From assembly GCA_963664395.2 (NCBI GenBank), contig OY761159.2, forward strand, positions 2,112,001-2,176,000: a stretch of 64,000 nt of DNA. The letters are read 5' to 3'. Positions 63,522 through 64,000 of the stretch are shown piece after piece (the stretch's first letter is position 1; every line of letters begins with the position of its first letter). The position numbers were made by a program, and so were the translations under genes. The notes beneath the pieces are model-generated. The model did not search any database. It was not told where the DNA came from and saw only the letters and a list, made by a program, of their open reading frames with translations. Origin of the DNA: Candidatus Binatia bacterium. Lineage in GTDB: Bacteria > Desulfobacterota > Binatia > Bin18.

Positions 63522-64000
63522 ATGCTGCGCGTCAGTCATCATCTCGGGAATATTCACCAGGATTCCGACCTCGCCGCTCAGGTCACGCGCTGGGAGCACG
63601 CGCACCAACTGGAAGAAGTGACCCTGAACGAACGGGAGGCGCAGAAGAGTCGGCTTCGCCTACAGACCTCGACCGGCCAAGAGCTGGGGCTCGTCTTGCC
63701 CCGTGGCACAGAAATCACGGATGGGGACGTCTTTGCCTTCACCGATAGGGAAGGCGGCCTGTTAGTCCACCTCGCTCTTCAGGAGGTCATGGTGCTGACG
63801 CTTCGCCCAGGACTGCCCTTGGGCAAGCAACACCACTGGCTGGTGCGCCTGGGCCATGTGCTGGGCAACCAGCACTGGCCGGTCGCGAGCGTCAACGAGG
63901 CGGTCCTGGTGCCGGTCAGCCTCGACCGGGCGGTGATGGAAACCGTTCTGCGTACCCATCATCTCCTGGATCAATTTACGGTTCGGTATGAGCGGCGTTC
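63522..64000 (+). CDS. ureE: Urease accessory protein UreE (runs off the window)
   Basis: Manual translation: MLRVSHHLGN...QKSRLRLQTSTGQELGLVLPRGTEITDGDVF...LGHVLGNQHWP; not in the ORF track. Confidence 0.88.
   Translation, partial: MLRVSHHLGNIHQDSDLAAQVTRWEHAHQLEEVTLNEREAQKSRLRLQTSTGQELGLVLPRGTEITDGDVFAFTDREGGLLVHLALQEVMVLTLRPGLPLGKQHHWLVRLGHVLGNQHWPVASVNEAVLVPVSLDRAVMETVLRTHHLLDQFTVRYERR

Overview
This window is GC-rich bacterial chromosomal DNA. A core backbone alternates with three defence/accessory islands. The backbone holds an aminotransferase plus a split phosphono/sulfo-pyruvate decarboxylase next to HpnN/HpnM/MlaA lipid export genes, a thiolase-DUF35-MaoC lipid catabolism run, metH, a sigma54 two-component pair, an acyl-CoA dehydrogenase, gspHIJK, a porin, czcCBA and partial urease genes. 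Island 1 (~18.5-27.0 kb) has vapBC, a type III R-M system, hicAB modules and a hidden remnant of a Schlafen/AlbA-prokaryotic Argonaute gene that the ORF track misses. Island 2 (~33.3-41.4 kb) has a single-chain R-M enzyme followed by small cargo genes and gene fragments punctuated by two REP-like palindrome families. Island 3 (~52.6-63.5 kb) sits in the 5' end of ureE and carries a type I R-M system (hsdR, fused hsdM-S) followed by stacked cargo: hicAB, a complete Ec67-type RT-TOPRIM retron with its msr-msd RNA, a small ORF plus Clp/SDH protease, and a Panacea antitoxin. The most striking structure is that these cargo units are separated by four mutually diverged copies of the hsdS 3' end, like an integrase-free, integron-style array. 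Other modules are also bracketed by short direct repeats copied from gene ends. An unannotated three-hairpin sRNA candidate with anti-Shine-Dalgarno loops and its own promoter lies at ~43.0 kb. Gene decay (internal deletions, frameshifts, nonsense codons) is widespread. All calls come from reading the sequence and recognising motifs; no database searches were run.
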